DNA from: Octopus sinensis
Lineage: Eukaryota
DNA: 10,361 bases
Direction of reading: 5' to 3'
NCBI RefSeq assembly: GCF_006345805.1
Contig: NW_021827459.1
Span: 1 to 10,361 of the forward strand
Below are positions 1 through 8,032 of the stretch, piece after piece. The position numbers and the translations under genes are program-made. Below the pieces are notes generated by a model. It saw nothing but the letters and a program-made list of their open reading frames with translations, was not told where the DNA came from and did not search any database. The first letter of the stretch is position 1, and every line of letters begins with the position of its first letter.

Positions 1-180
1 TGATATTGAGAAAGTGAAATCAAACAATGATAAATCTCAGAGCGAGCTTATAAACAGTAGCGGTAACACATCGTCGTGACGCATATCTGCCATTTGAATA
101 TGGCTACCCCTAAGGGTGGATGCTACTGTAGTTTGTAGCCCATGAAGATATCTCCTCCAGCTGGCTATAGACACACTATC
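1..180. repeat. Unclassified interspersed repeat family X, copy 1 (runs into (TA)n)
   Basis: Aligns by eye with 2492-2640 (ataaat..gagcgag..ataaacag...acccctaaggg..gatgctactgtag...atctcctccagctggct). Both copies end in microsatellite. Class not identifiable. Confidence 0.7.
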
Positions 181-197
181 TAAATATATATATATAT

Positions 198-238
<41 letters not shown>

Positions 239-240
239 TA
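181..240. repeat. (TA)n microsatellite
   Basis: Direct read. Confidence 0.95.
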
Positions 241-597
241 CTCTTTTACTCTCTCTCTTTACTCTTTACTCTCTCTCTTTACTCTTTTACTTGTTTCAGT
301 CATTTGACTGCGGCCATGCTGGAGCACCGCCTTTAGTCGAGCAAATCGACCCCGGGACTTATTCTTTGTAAGCCCCAGTACTTATTCTATCGGTCTCTTT
401 TGCCGAACCGCTAAGTGACGGGGACATAAACACACCAGCATCGGTTGTCAACCAATGCTAGGGGGACAAACACAGACACACAAACACACACATATATATA
501 TATATACATATATACGACAGGCTTCTTCCAGTTTCCGTCTACCAAATCCACTCACAAGGCATTGGTCGGCCCGGGGCTATAGCAGAAGACACTTGCC
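241..597 (-). mobile_element. SINE family S, copy lacking its tRNA head
   Basis: Collinear with the full copy at 8693-9147. Has an expanded (ctcttttact) tail at 241-290 and an internal (CA)/(TA) tract, and stops at acttgcc (597) inside the CORE-like block. Confidence 0.9.
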
Positions 598-605
598 ACA
601 CAGTG

Positions 606-641
<36 letters not shown>

Positions 642-798
642 ACACACACACATATGGTGATATTAAGTTAGACATGGCCTGGACCAAATTTTGTTCGAAA
701 CATATCTAAATTTATCTAAATTTATCTAAGTTTATATATATATATATATATATAAGGAATGAATAAAAGAGGTACATTTTTTTCCGTTTCCCACTTAC

Positions 799-874
799 CA
801 CATTGGCTCCACTTCAGTGATTCCACATAAGATACCAACAACAACAGAGAGAAACTCAACCAAATTCTCGACAT
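799..874 (-). CDS. First coding exon of a secreted protein, probably NPC2/ML (MD-2-related lipid-recognition) domain family
   Basis: Reverse complement reads ATG...TGT G|GTAAGT, giving MSRIWLSFSLLLLVSYVESLKWSQC plus 1 nt. It has a basic n-region, a hydrophobic core, a V-E-S cleavage-like site, A at -3 of the ATG and a consensus donor at 798-793. The phase-1 intron right after the first Cys matches human NPC2 exon 1 (QFKDC|G) as I recall it. Exon call is stronger than the family call. Confidence 0.7.
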
Positions 875-911
875 CCTGTCTTTTTTTTACAAATTGTCTT
901 CTGTATCTTGA

Positions 912-947
912 GAATGTTCAGGACGCCGTGAAACGCCGTTATATATA
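912..947 (-). promoter_or_regulatory. Candidate core promoter (TATA box plus Inr-like start)
   Basis: Minus strand TATATAA at 945-939 and CA(+1)TTC with A at 915, i.e. 30 nt downstream, followed by about 40 nt of 5' UTR before the ATG. TATA-like strings are common in this AT-rich DNA, so the spacing is the main support. Confidence 0.45.
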
Positions 948-994
948 CATGTAACGTATGCTATGTGCCACATATAAACAAACATAAATGCATA

Positions 995-1400
<406 letters not shown>

Positions 1401-1511
1401 TTTATGAATATGCATGTATTTGCTTGCAACAGATGTGTCCTATCATAAATCCCCACGAATTTCGTTTAATTTGGCGATGACGGCCATAACGGTAGCAGCG
1501 GTGGCTAATAT

Positions 1512-1513
<2 letters not shown>

Positions 1514-1575
<62 letters not shown>

Positions 1576-1607
1576 TAATAATAATAATGATAATAATAAT
1601 AATAATG

Positions 1608-1677
<70 letters not shown>

Positions 1678-1681
1678 TAAT
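1514..1681. repeat. (AAT)n microsatellite with occasional GAT variants
   Basis: Direct read. Confidence 0.97.
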
Positions 1682-2220
1682 AGTGGTGGTGGTGGTGGTA
1701 GGAGATATTAGTTATAGTGGTTGTGAGAGGGGCTATTCATTAATGCTGGTGATGAGGGTTAGTGAGAGGTAATATTAGTAGTGACAGTGGGGGGCGCGGT
1801 ACCTGATATTAGTTAATGGAGAGGTGGGTGATGGTAGTTGTGATGGTTGTGGTAGGAGGATAGGTGTTAATCTTCGTGATGGTAATAGTAGTGGTAGGAG
1901 GTACTATAAGTAATGGTGGTGGTGGTGGTGGTGGTGGCGGCGGACGTGATTCTGGCATTGAAAGTGGGTGTGCTTAAACGGTGGGGGGGGGGGGGGGTTG
2001 TGTTGATGATGATTATGATGGTGGTAGTGATGATGATGATGTTGATGGTGGTGGGCGTTGACGATGATGATGAGGAGGAGGTCTTCTCAATTAGAAACTG
2101 TAATGAAAGTGTGGGGTATAGAAGGACGAGGAATGAGTGATAGGTGCGAAGAGTGGCGGAGGGAGCAAGTAGTGGGGGAAGAAAGATCGGTGTGGTGAGG
2201 TGATGTGAAATGTTGGGGGT
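1682..2220 (+). repeat. Degenerate (GGT)/(GAT)/(AGT) low-complexity tract, G-rich and C-poor, with G15 run at 1983-1997
   Basis: Direct read; source of poly-V/poly-M and poly-T/poly-H ORFs. Confidence 0.85.
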
Positions 2221-2349
2221 ACGGTTCATTAATAAGGCTACACAACACAAAACCTATTTTTCTCCCCAATTATGAAAATTTTATCGAGGCTTTTGGCACC
2301 TCTCACTCGCAATATCTTGATAATCTTTTTTTTCTTTTTTTTCTTTTTC

Positions 2350-2446
2350 ATCTTTTGTTTCTTTCTTTCTTTCACTGGGCTGCGGCCATGCTGGGATACC
2401 CGCCTTAATGGGTTTTTAGCCGAACAAATCGATATCCAGTCCTTAA
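2350..2446 (-). mobile_element. 3' fragment of an S-related SINE
   Basis: ctgcggccatgctgg..accgcctt...tttag.cga.caaatcga matches the S tail at 308-350 and 8721-8765, but is more diverged. Confidence 0.7.
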
Positions 2447-2491
2447 TTGATTTAATTTTAATTTGTATATATAATATATATATATATATAT

Positions 2492-2636
2492 AGCAACAAT
2501 AAATTTCTGAGCGAGACATAAACAGCAGCAGCACGACATCGTGAAGAACACCTGCCACCCAAATGTGGCCGACCCCTAAGGGCCGATGCTACTGTAGCTT
2601 GCAGCCCCAGGAAGACATCTCCTCCAGCTGGCTTTG

Positions 2637-2640
<4 letters not shown>
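2492..2640. repeat. Repeat family X, copy 2
   Basis: Diverged match to about 20-172, flanked by (TA)n and (CATA)n. Confidence 0.7.
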
Positions 2641-2671
<31 letters not shown>

Positions 2672-2681
2672 TATATATATG

Positions 2682-2730
<49 letters not shown>
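2641..2730. repeat. Compound (CATA)n-(TA)n-(TAA)n microsatellite
   Basis: Direct read. Confidence 0.95.
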
Positions 2731-2731
<1 letters not shown>

Positions 2732-2732
2732 T

Positions 2733-2873
2733 TGAGATCACCATGTCGCGCACATATGGTTGTGATGCATGTGCCTGGTGTACCCTTATCAGACGGGTAG
2801 TCATGATGGGTATATTGGGCTTCGTATATTTTACCCCAGTGTCGCTTTGATGGCATGCACTGCTCTCTCACTC
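2733..2873 (+). mobile_element. Family Y non-LTR retroposon, short 3' piece followed by (AAT)n
   Basis: Shares the right end ...tgctctctcactc plus (AAT)n with 2914-3329 but has a different left end, as expected for 5'-truncated retrocopies. Orientation is inferred from that pattern. Confidence 0.65.
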
Positions 2874-2913
<40 letters not shown>

Positions 2914-2916
<3 letters not shown>

Positions 2917-3329
2917 GATTTGCTCATCAGTTGCTTGACCTTAATCAGTTGGGCATGTCCCTTAGTGGCTGACGATATGTGCATCTCTGATCACGAGCAG
3001 AAGTAGTGGGGGAGCATCATAGCCATATGTTGAGAGGGATTCCTTGGGGTTTGAATAATTCCCCCCAGCAAACATGGGTGTCTTGCTCATCCTTAAACAA
3101 CCCTTATTCAGGGGCCTTTTGAGCGAGATGGGCCAGTTGACTCGAAGAAAATTCTAACTAGGCCATAGCTCCAAGGTTATGTGCAGTTTATCTTAATATG
3201 TTGCGCACATGTGATTGCGATGCATGTGCCTGGTGCACCTTTATCAGACTGATAGTCTTGACCGGTATATTAGGTTTCGTATATTTGCGCCCCAGGGTCA
3301 CTTTGGTGGCATGTGCTGCTCTCTCACTC
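2914..3329 (+). mobile_element. Family Y retroposon, longer 5'-truncated copy
   Basis: Its left part matches 10190-10361 (catgtcccttagtggctgacgatat..catctctgatcacgagcagaagtagt) and its right part matches 2750-2873. Ends in ggt(aat)n. Confidence 0.75.
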
Positions 3330-3345
3330 GGTAATAATAATAACA

Positions 3346-3557
3346 CTTTCTACTATAGGCACAAGGCCTGAAATCTGGAGGAGGGATATAGCAGATTACA
3401 TCAACCCCAGTGTTCAACTGGTACTTATTTTATCGACCCTGAAAGGATGAAAAGCAAAGTCGACCTCGGCGGAATTTGAACTCAGAACGTAAAGGCAGAC
3501 AAAATGCCGCTAAGCATTTTGTTCGACGCGCTAACGATTCTGCCAGCTTGCTGCCTT
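3346..3557 (-). mobile_element. tRNA-derived SINE family M, full length, tail type A
   Basis: Reverse complement has an A-box-like tggcagaatcgtt, a B-box gttcaaattc, a Meta/MESC-like core (gtcgactttgc.tttcatccttt..gggtcgataaa.taagtaccag) and the tail caggccttgtgcctatagtagaaag. (AAT)n on both sides. Confidence 0.9.
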
Positions 3558-3575
3558 AATAATAATAATAATAAC

Positions 3576-4118
3576 TTCTTTATTAACCACAAAGGTTAAG
3601 TAAAACATTGTGGACAGCACAGGAGAAATAGAATGTTGAGTTATATGATAGTTGCGTAAACAATGAAAAACAATCAATTATAACAGCAAAATACCACCCC
3701 AAAAGAGGGAGACCTCCCTGGACTGCTCGTGGAAACCCAACAAATCCATGACAGTCCTGACCACCAGGGTAAGCACTCTCTCCACTTTATCTACAAGCGC
3801 ATGCTTGGAGTACGCCCAATTACTCAAACCGTTCTTCCTACATTCAAAATTGCTAAGGGGCAAAATTTTCCTCTCCACCCTCGCTTTGATGAGGGCTTGG
3901 CCAAAGAGGAAAGAATCTGTCTTCAGCCCTTTCAGTCTGGACCACCACATAACCTCTTTCGCTAAAGCCCACCCAGCAAAGGAAAACAGCCTGCCCTTCC
4001 CGGCCAAAGGAAGGCGGCGGGACAATCTCCACGATGGACTCAGCCGATTGCCCGATTTGTCCCACACGTCAGAAATATTCCACAAATCAGAAATATTCGG
4101 GCACTGGGCGAGAGCGTG
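3576..4118 (-). mobile_element. Tx1/L1-clade LINE 3' end: ORF2 C-terminal region plus 3' UTR
   Basis: HALAQCP..SDLW (H-x4-CP-x5-W end of the L1/Tx1 cysteine-rich domain), a frameshifted SAESIVEIVPPP block, and AKEVMWWSR (K-x2-W-x2-R-like). The UTR ends ...tttgtggttaataaagaa. There is an 18-nt in-frame duplication (NISDLW/NISDVW). The first ~26 aa of the tracked 173-aa ORF come from the adjacent SINE. Confidence 0.8.
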
Positions 4119-4124
4119 AATAAG

Positions 4125-4285
4125 CCTTTCTACTAAAGGCACAAGGCCTGAAATTCTGGGAGAGGGGACTAGTCGATTACATCGATCCCAGTGTTTCAAC
4201 GGTACTCAATTTATTGACCCCAAAAGGATGAAAGGCAAAGTCGACCTCGGCGGAATTTGAACTCACAACGTAAAGACGGACGAAT
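4125..4285 (-). mobile_element. SINE M, tail A, head truncated at ...gacgaa
   Basis: Collinear with 3346-3500. Confidence 0.9.
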
Positions 4286-4297
4286 GATAATAATAAT

Positions 4298-4462
4298 CCT
4301 TTCTACTATAGCTACAAGGCCTGAAATTTTGAGGGAGGGGGGGCAGTCGATTACATCAACCCCAGTGTTCAACTGCTACTTACTTTATCGATCCCGAAAG
4401 GATGAAAGTCAAAGTTGACCTCGCCGGAATTTGAACTCAGAACGTAGCGGCAGACGAAATAC
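4298..4462 (-). mobile_element. SINE M, tail A, head truncated at ...gacgaaatac
   Basis: Collinear with 3346-3505; preceded by (TAA)n at 4287-4297. Confidence 0.9.
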
Positions 4463-4627
4463 CTATTTCTTTATTACCCACAAGGGGCTAAACACAGAGA
4501 GGACAAACAAGGACAGACAAACGGATTAAGTCGATTACATCGAGCCCAGTGCGTAACTGGTACTTATTTAATCGACCCCGAAAGGATGAAAGGCAAAGTC
4601 GACCTCGGCGGAATTTGAACTCAGAAC
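4460..4627 (-). mobile_element. SINE M, tail type B, 5'-truncated just past the B box
   Basis: Same core as the other M copies; tail is the reverse complement of 6745-6803 (tgtttagccccttgtgggtaataaagaaataggta). Confidence 0.9.
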
Positions 4628-4754
4628 TCAGACATTGCTTGTCCGGGGACTTTTTGTTTTTTTTGACATCCTAACAGTGTTTACACTATACTTCATAAAG
4701 GGTACGGCTGGACATGACAAACGGGTACGCTGAAAGTAAAAACACGCGGAGACC

Positions 4755-5020
4755 CTGCTACAGATGTTCGTTGGGCGAATGTTCGCCATTCTGTTCGTGG
4801 GTTCTGTAGGCGGAATGATATGAGTAAACAATCCGTCGGATCAGTGGCCTTCACGTCGATCAGACGGCTGGGAAGGTGCGCATACTGTACAAGTCTTGTG
4901 TGCACTATCGGTTCTCTGATTATGATATAACGGCCTCCGATGTTCTAGATAAAGGTTATTGATATTGACAGCCCTATCTGGAAGGCGAAGGGTTTTGATG
5001 TGACGTAATTCCAACCATAT
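4755..5020 (+). pseudogene. Possible heavily decayed N-terminus of an L1/Tx1 apurinic endonuclease
   Basis: One frame gives ANVR..VRGF, then SVGSVAFTSIR, then IKVIDID...FDVT, in the order of the APE motifs NVxGL, DxxxLQET and DxxGRxxxV. It needs stops and indels to fit; weak. Confidence 0.3.
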
Positions 5021-5040
5021 GCTGCAGTTCCCGTCCTACT

Positions 5041-5055
5041 CTCTTTTTCTTCTTC

Positions 5056-5096
<41 letters not shown>

Positions 5097-5097
5097 T
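5041..5097. repeat. (CTT)n-(ATT)n microsatellite
   Basis: Direct read. Confidence 0.9.
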
Positions 5098-5236
5098 TGT
5101 TTTCTTCCTCGGTGTCTGTCTTCTGATTCTGGCCATGCTGAGATTCCTACTTTGCTTTTGTTTATTTTTTTTTTTTCTTAATATTATTTTCGTTTACATC
5201 GACCCGAGTATTTTCCATGTTATATATTTTATCAGA

Positions 5237-5621
5237 GGAGGCGCAATGGCCCAGTGGTTAGGGCAGCGGACTCGCGGTCATAGGATCGCGGTTTCCATTC
5301 CCAGACCGGGCGTTGTGAGTGTTTATTGAGCGAAAACACCTAAAAGCTCCACGAGGCTCCGGCAGGGATGGTAGTGATCCCTGCTGTACTCTTTCACCAC
5401 AACTTTCTCTCACTCTTACTTCCTGTTTCTGTTGTACCTGTATTTCAAAGGGCCGGCCTTGTCACTCTCTGTGTTACGCTGAATGTCCCCGAGAACTACG
5501 TTAAGGGTACACGTGTCTGTGGAGTGCTCAGCCACTTACACGTTAATTTCACGAGCAGGCTGTTCCGTTGATTCGGATCAACCGGAACCCTCATCGTCGT
5601 AACCGACGAAGTGCTAGAGAG
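5237..5621 (+). mobile_element. tRNA-derived SINE family T, tail type 1, with TSD
   Basis: A box tggcccagtgg at 5247-5257 and a degenerate B box ggtttccattccc. 11-bp target-site duplication attttatcaga at 5226-5236 and 5622-5632. Confidence 0.9.
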
Positions 5622-5670
5622 ATTTTATCAGAATAGGTCAACGTTAATGTGAACGAACGTAACTGGACGC

Positions 5671-6569
5671 ATCGATCTAAAGGCAACCTTCGCCACACAC
5701 GCCCCCGCACGCGCGCGCGAAAGAGGGCCGGAACGCAGGTTGAACTTCAATGCCTACCCCCAAAAGTCTGTTGCTCCTTTGGGAAAGCGAGGAGGAGTGT
5801 TGCGAAAATCCGATAACTGTCACTGAAATATGGCAAGCGATGCTTAATTGTACATGAGGCAAATCGCCTGGTTTTGATGGTCTACCATGCGAACTTTTCG
5901 CTTTTATACTAAATCTCTAAGACAATGTCTTGACATATATCTACTGCAACTGGTAGCAAAACGGGAGAACCTGCCAGTTCAGTGGCTTTGCTGTGAAAGG
6001 AACCGAATATAGAGAATGTGGAGGACATAGCCTAGTGGTTACAGCAGCGGACTCGCGGTCGAGGGATCGCGGGTTCGAATCTCAGACCGGACGATATGTG
6101 TGTTTATGAGCGAAAGCATCTAAACTCCACGTGGCTCCGGCATAAGGTAATAGCGAACTTCTACTGACTCTTTCACCACTACTTTCTCTCACTCTTTCTT
6201 CTTGCATCTAGCAGCTCACCTGCGACGGACGGGCGTCCCGTCCAGGTGGGGAACCTATGCGCCAAGGAAACCGGGAAACCGGCCCTTATGAACCAGGTGT
6301 GGCTCAAGAAGGAACAAAACAATATAGAGAATACATTGAGAGTTTTCGTCCCTATAACTCTGCTAAACACAGATTTCAAGATTTTGCCCAAAATAATAGC
6401 GAAAAGGTTGACGCTTTTCATCGGTAGACTGGCTGGTGTTGTACAAATACGCAACATCCCAAACAGGTCCGTTCACGACGTATTCCGCATCATCCCATAC
6501 ATAATAGAAAGGACGGGGGCGAGGAGTCTGGTATGAGTGAGGTTCTAGTGACAATAACTCTGAGCACCT
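5671..6569 (+). mobile_element. Degenerate Tx1/L1-clade ORF2 fragment (linker plus reverse transcriptase N-terminal domains), split by a SINE
   Basis: CENPITVTEIWQAM..GKSPGFDGLPCELF (5858 onward, GKSPGxDG motif). After removing 6018-6332 it continues YIESFRP / ITLLNTDFKILPKIIAKRL..Q..IPNRSVHD, matching the RPIxLLNxDxKIxxKxLAxRL motif. Several stops and frameshifts. Confidence 0.9.
6018..6320 (+). mobile_element. SINE family T, tail type 2 (V-domain-like), inserted in the RT
   Basis: Head matches 5237-5415, with B box gttcgaatc at 6073-6081. Different 3' half (cctgcgacggacgggcgtcccgtccagg...). 12-bp TSD aatatagagaat at 6006-6017 and 6321-6332. Confidence 0.9.
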
Positions 6570-6803
6570 GCGGCGAGCTGGCAGAAACGTTAGCACGCCG
6601 GGCGAAATGCATAGCAGTATTCCGTCTGCCGTTACGTTCTGAGTTCAAATTCCGCCGAGGTCGACTTTGCCTTTCATCCTTTCGGGGTCGATAAATTAAG
6701 TACCAGTTACGCACTGGGGTCGATATAATCGACTTAATACCTATGACTGTCATTGTTTGTCCCCTCTATGTTTAGCCCCTTGTGGGTAATAAAGAAATAG
6801 GTA
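6570..6803 (+). mobile_element. SINE M, full length, tail type B
   Basis: A-box-like tggcagaaacgtt, B box gttcaaattc, Meta-like core, tail ...ccttgtgggtaataaagaaataggta. No TSD seen. Confidence 0.9.
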
Positions 6804-8004
6804 CTACGGACCTATTCTAGCTCGCGTGACGCCATCGCCCTCTTCGACAAGGGTATTATTAACAAAGAGCTGGCAAAATGTTTGCCAGCTAAAAATTATT
6901 ATGTGACTAGGGGTGTCAAATACGCCACGGTGTGGCTACTTTTCGACACTCCTGAGGAGGTTTGCACTGTGGAAGGCCAGGCCTGGAAGGGGAGGAGATT
7001 TTGTTTCTTCCCACATATCGTGGAAAGAAGGTGATAAGGGCCCGGGTATGTGGTCTTCCCCCGGGCACCGGAGCGGGGCGAATTGCAGATGCCATCCGGC
7101 GGGGCCTGGGGGATAGCGGGCCCAGGCTTTTAAATACAGAGATAAAGCCTGCGGTCGACTGGGAGGGTGCAAAGGCAACTTTGACCCTATGGAGCCCAGT
7201 GCCCGCGGGGGAAATGTCTTTCTCCGACTTTTTAAAAATGGATGGCTCAAGGTATCCAGTGATACTTGAGGGTCGCCCCCCCACCATCAATGTGTCACTC
7301 GTGCCTGGAGTCAGGCCACATTAAGAAGGACTGCCCTCGGGGCCGTGGTAAGGTCCCGGAACAGGGAAAGATGAAGGTGTCCTCCGCTCTCCCATTGCAG
7401 GGAGAAACGGCGGAAGTCGTTGAGGTATCGGCCTCAACGAGAAGAAAAAGAAAGGTGAGCAACAATGGTGGCTCACCAACAGACGCGCAGGTTGCGGGAG
7501 AGGAAGAGGACCCTCCCCCGGGTGTGCCGGTGGAGGCTCCGACTCCCGCACCCGTAAGAAGAAAAAAGAGAAGGAAGAGAAACGGGAGACGGTCGGCGGA
7601 TAACGCTGTGCCGCCGACTAAATCCGATGCTCCTCCGGTGGAAGGTGTGCCACCAGGAGCGGGAGGCTCTGTCAGTGGGAATTGTGCCACTGACAGAGCG
7701 TGCTGAGGCCCCTCCCCGTGAGGAGGACGTGAAACCCGTCGTTTTCTATCTCAGGGAAGGGCCTGTCGAGAAGTGCTTGGACGGTCTTCCAGGCCGAGAA
7801 CGATTGGACTCGGTTTGTATAGACTGTCCAGACTGGACTCCGCAGGTGGCTGCGGACGTCGTGAGTCAGAAGGAGCTGTTCCAGGTCACGGTGACCTCTA
7901 ATATGGAAGATTTTGCCTTCCTCTTTCCGGAGCCTGACCTGCCGATGCAGGCTTTCCTGCAGGCGGCGTGGCATTTGCTTGGGGGCTCCGATGAGGAGGA
8001 TTGA
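6804..8004 (+). mobile_element. Tx1-like ORF1 (gag-like, one CCHC zinc knuckle), 5' end missing, three frameshifts
   Basis: Stitched frames read LRTYSSSRDAIALF...FDTPEEV / PTYRGKKVIRARVCGLPP...VILEGRPP / CHSCLESGHIKKDC (C-X2-C-X4-H-X4-C at 7293-7334) plus a basic, Pro-rich linker / ...GGSDEED*. The EGRPP-then-knuckle layout is typical of Tx1/L1-type ORF1p. Confidence 0.85.
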
Positions 8005-8030
8005 TCTTAAAGATTGTCTGTGTATTGAAT
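8003..8030 (+). other. Probable first codons of ORF2 (ILKIVCV..N), cut off before the Helitron
   Basis: Directly abuts the ORF1 stop and resembles the xKIxxxN start of APE domains. Too short to be sure. Confidence 0.4.
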
Positions 8031-8032
8031 AA

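Noticed and set aside
690-742. 10-bp tandem tatctaaatt, about 3 copies
   Set aside because: Short AT-rich slippage repeat in the intron with no further support.
1415-1500. Possible plus-strand exon after ttgcttgcaacag
   Set aside because: Weak donor, no recognisable peptide, and it sits between microsatellites.
2733-2873. HDV-like ribozyme on the minus strand of family Y (gcacat/atgtgc stem, gcgac, catcat/atggtg pairing)
   Set aside because: P4, J4/2 and P2 look-alikes exist, but P3/L3 and P1 cannot be placed in the required nested double-pseudoknot order.
2920-2990. Hammerhead cores (ctgacga at about 2970; ctgatga on the minus strand at about 2924-2930 and 10217-10223)
   Set aside because: No stem II followed by GAAA at suitable spacing.
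3678-4199. 173-aa ORF as a real gene
   Set aside because: Chimeric: it starts in SINE M, crosses frameshifted Tx1 ORF2 and probably reads into the 3' UTR.
3346-4627. Repeat-spacer appearance suggesting a CRISPR array
   Set aside because: Units are 160-210 bp diverged SINE copies with no unique spacers and no cas genes, in eukaryotic DNA.
5237-5310. tRNA genes at SINE heads (also 6018-6090, 6570-6660, 9075-9147)
   Set aside because: A/B boxes are present but acceptor stems are not intact, and each continues into a SINE body.
6246-6536. 96-aa ORF as a functional RT
   Set aside because: The N-terminal quarter is SINE T2 tail; the rest is a fragment with no YADD-type catalytic motif.
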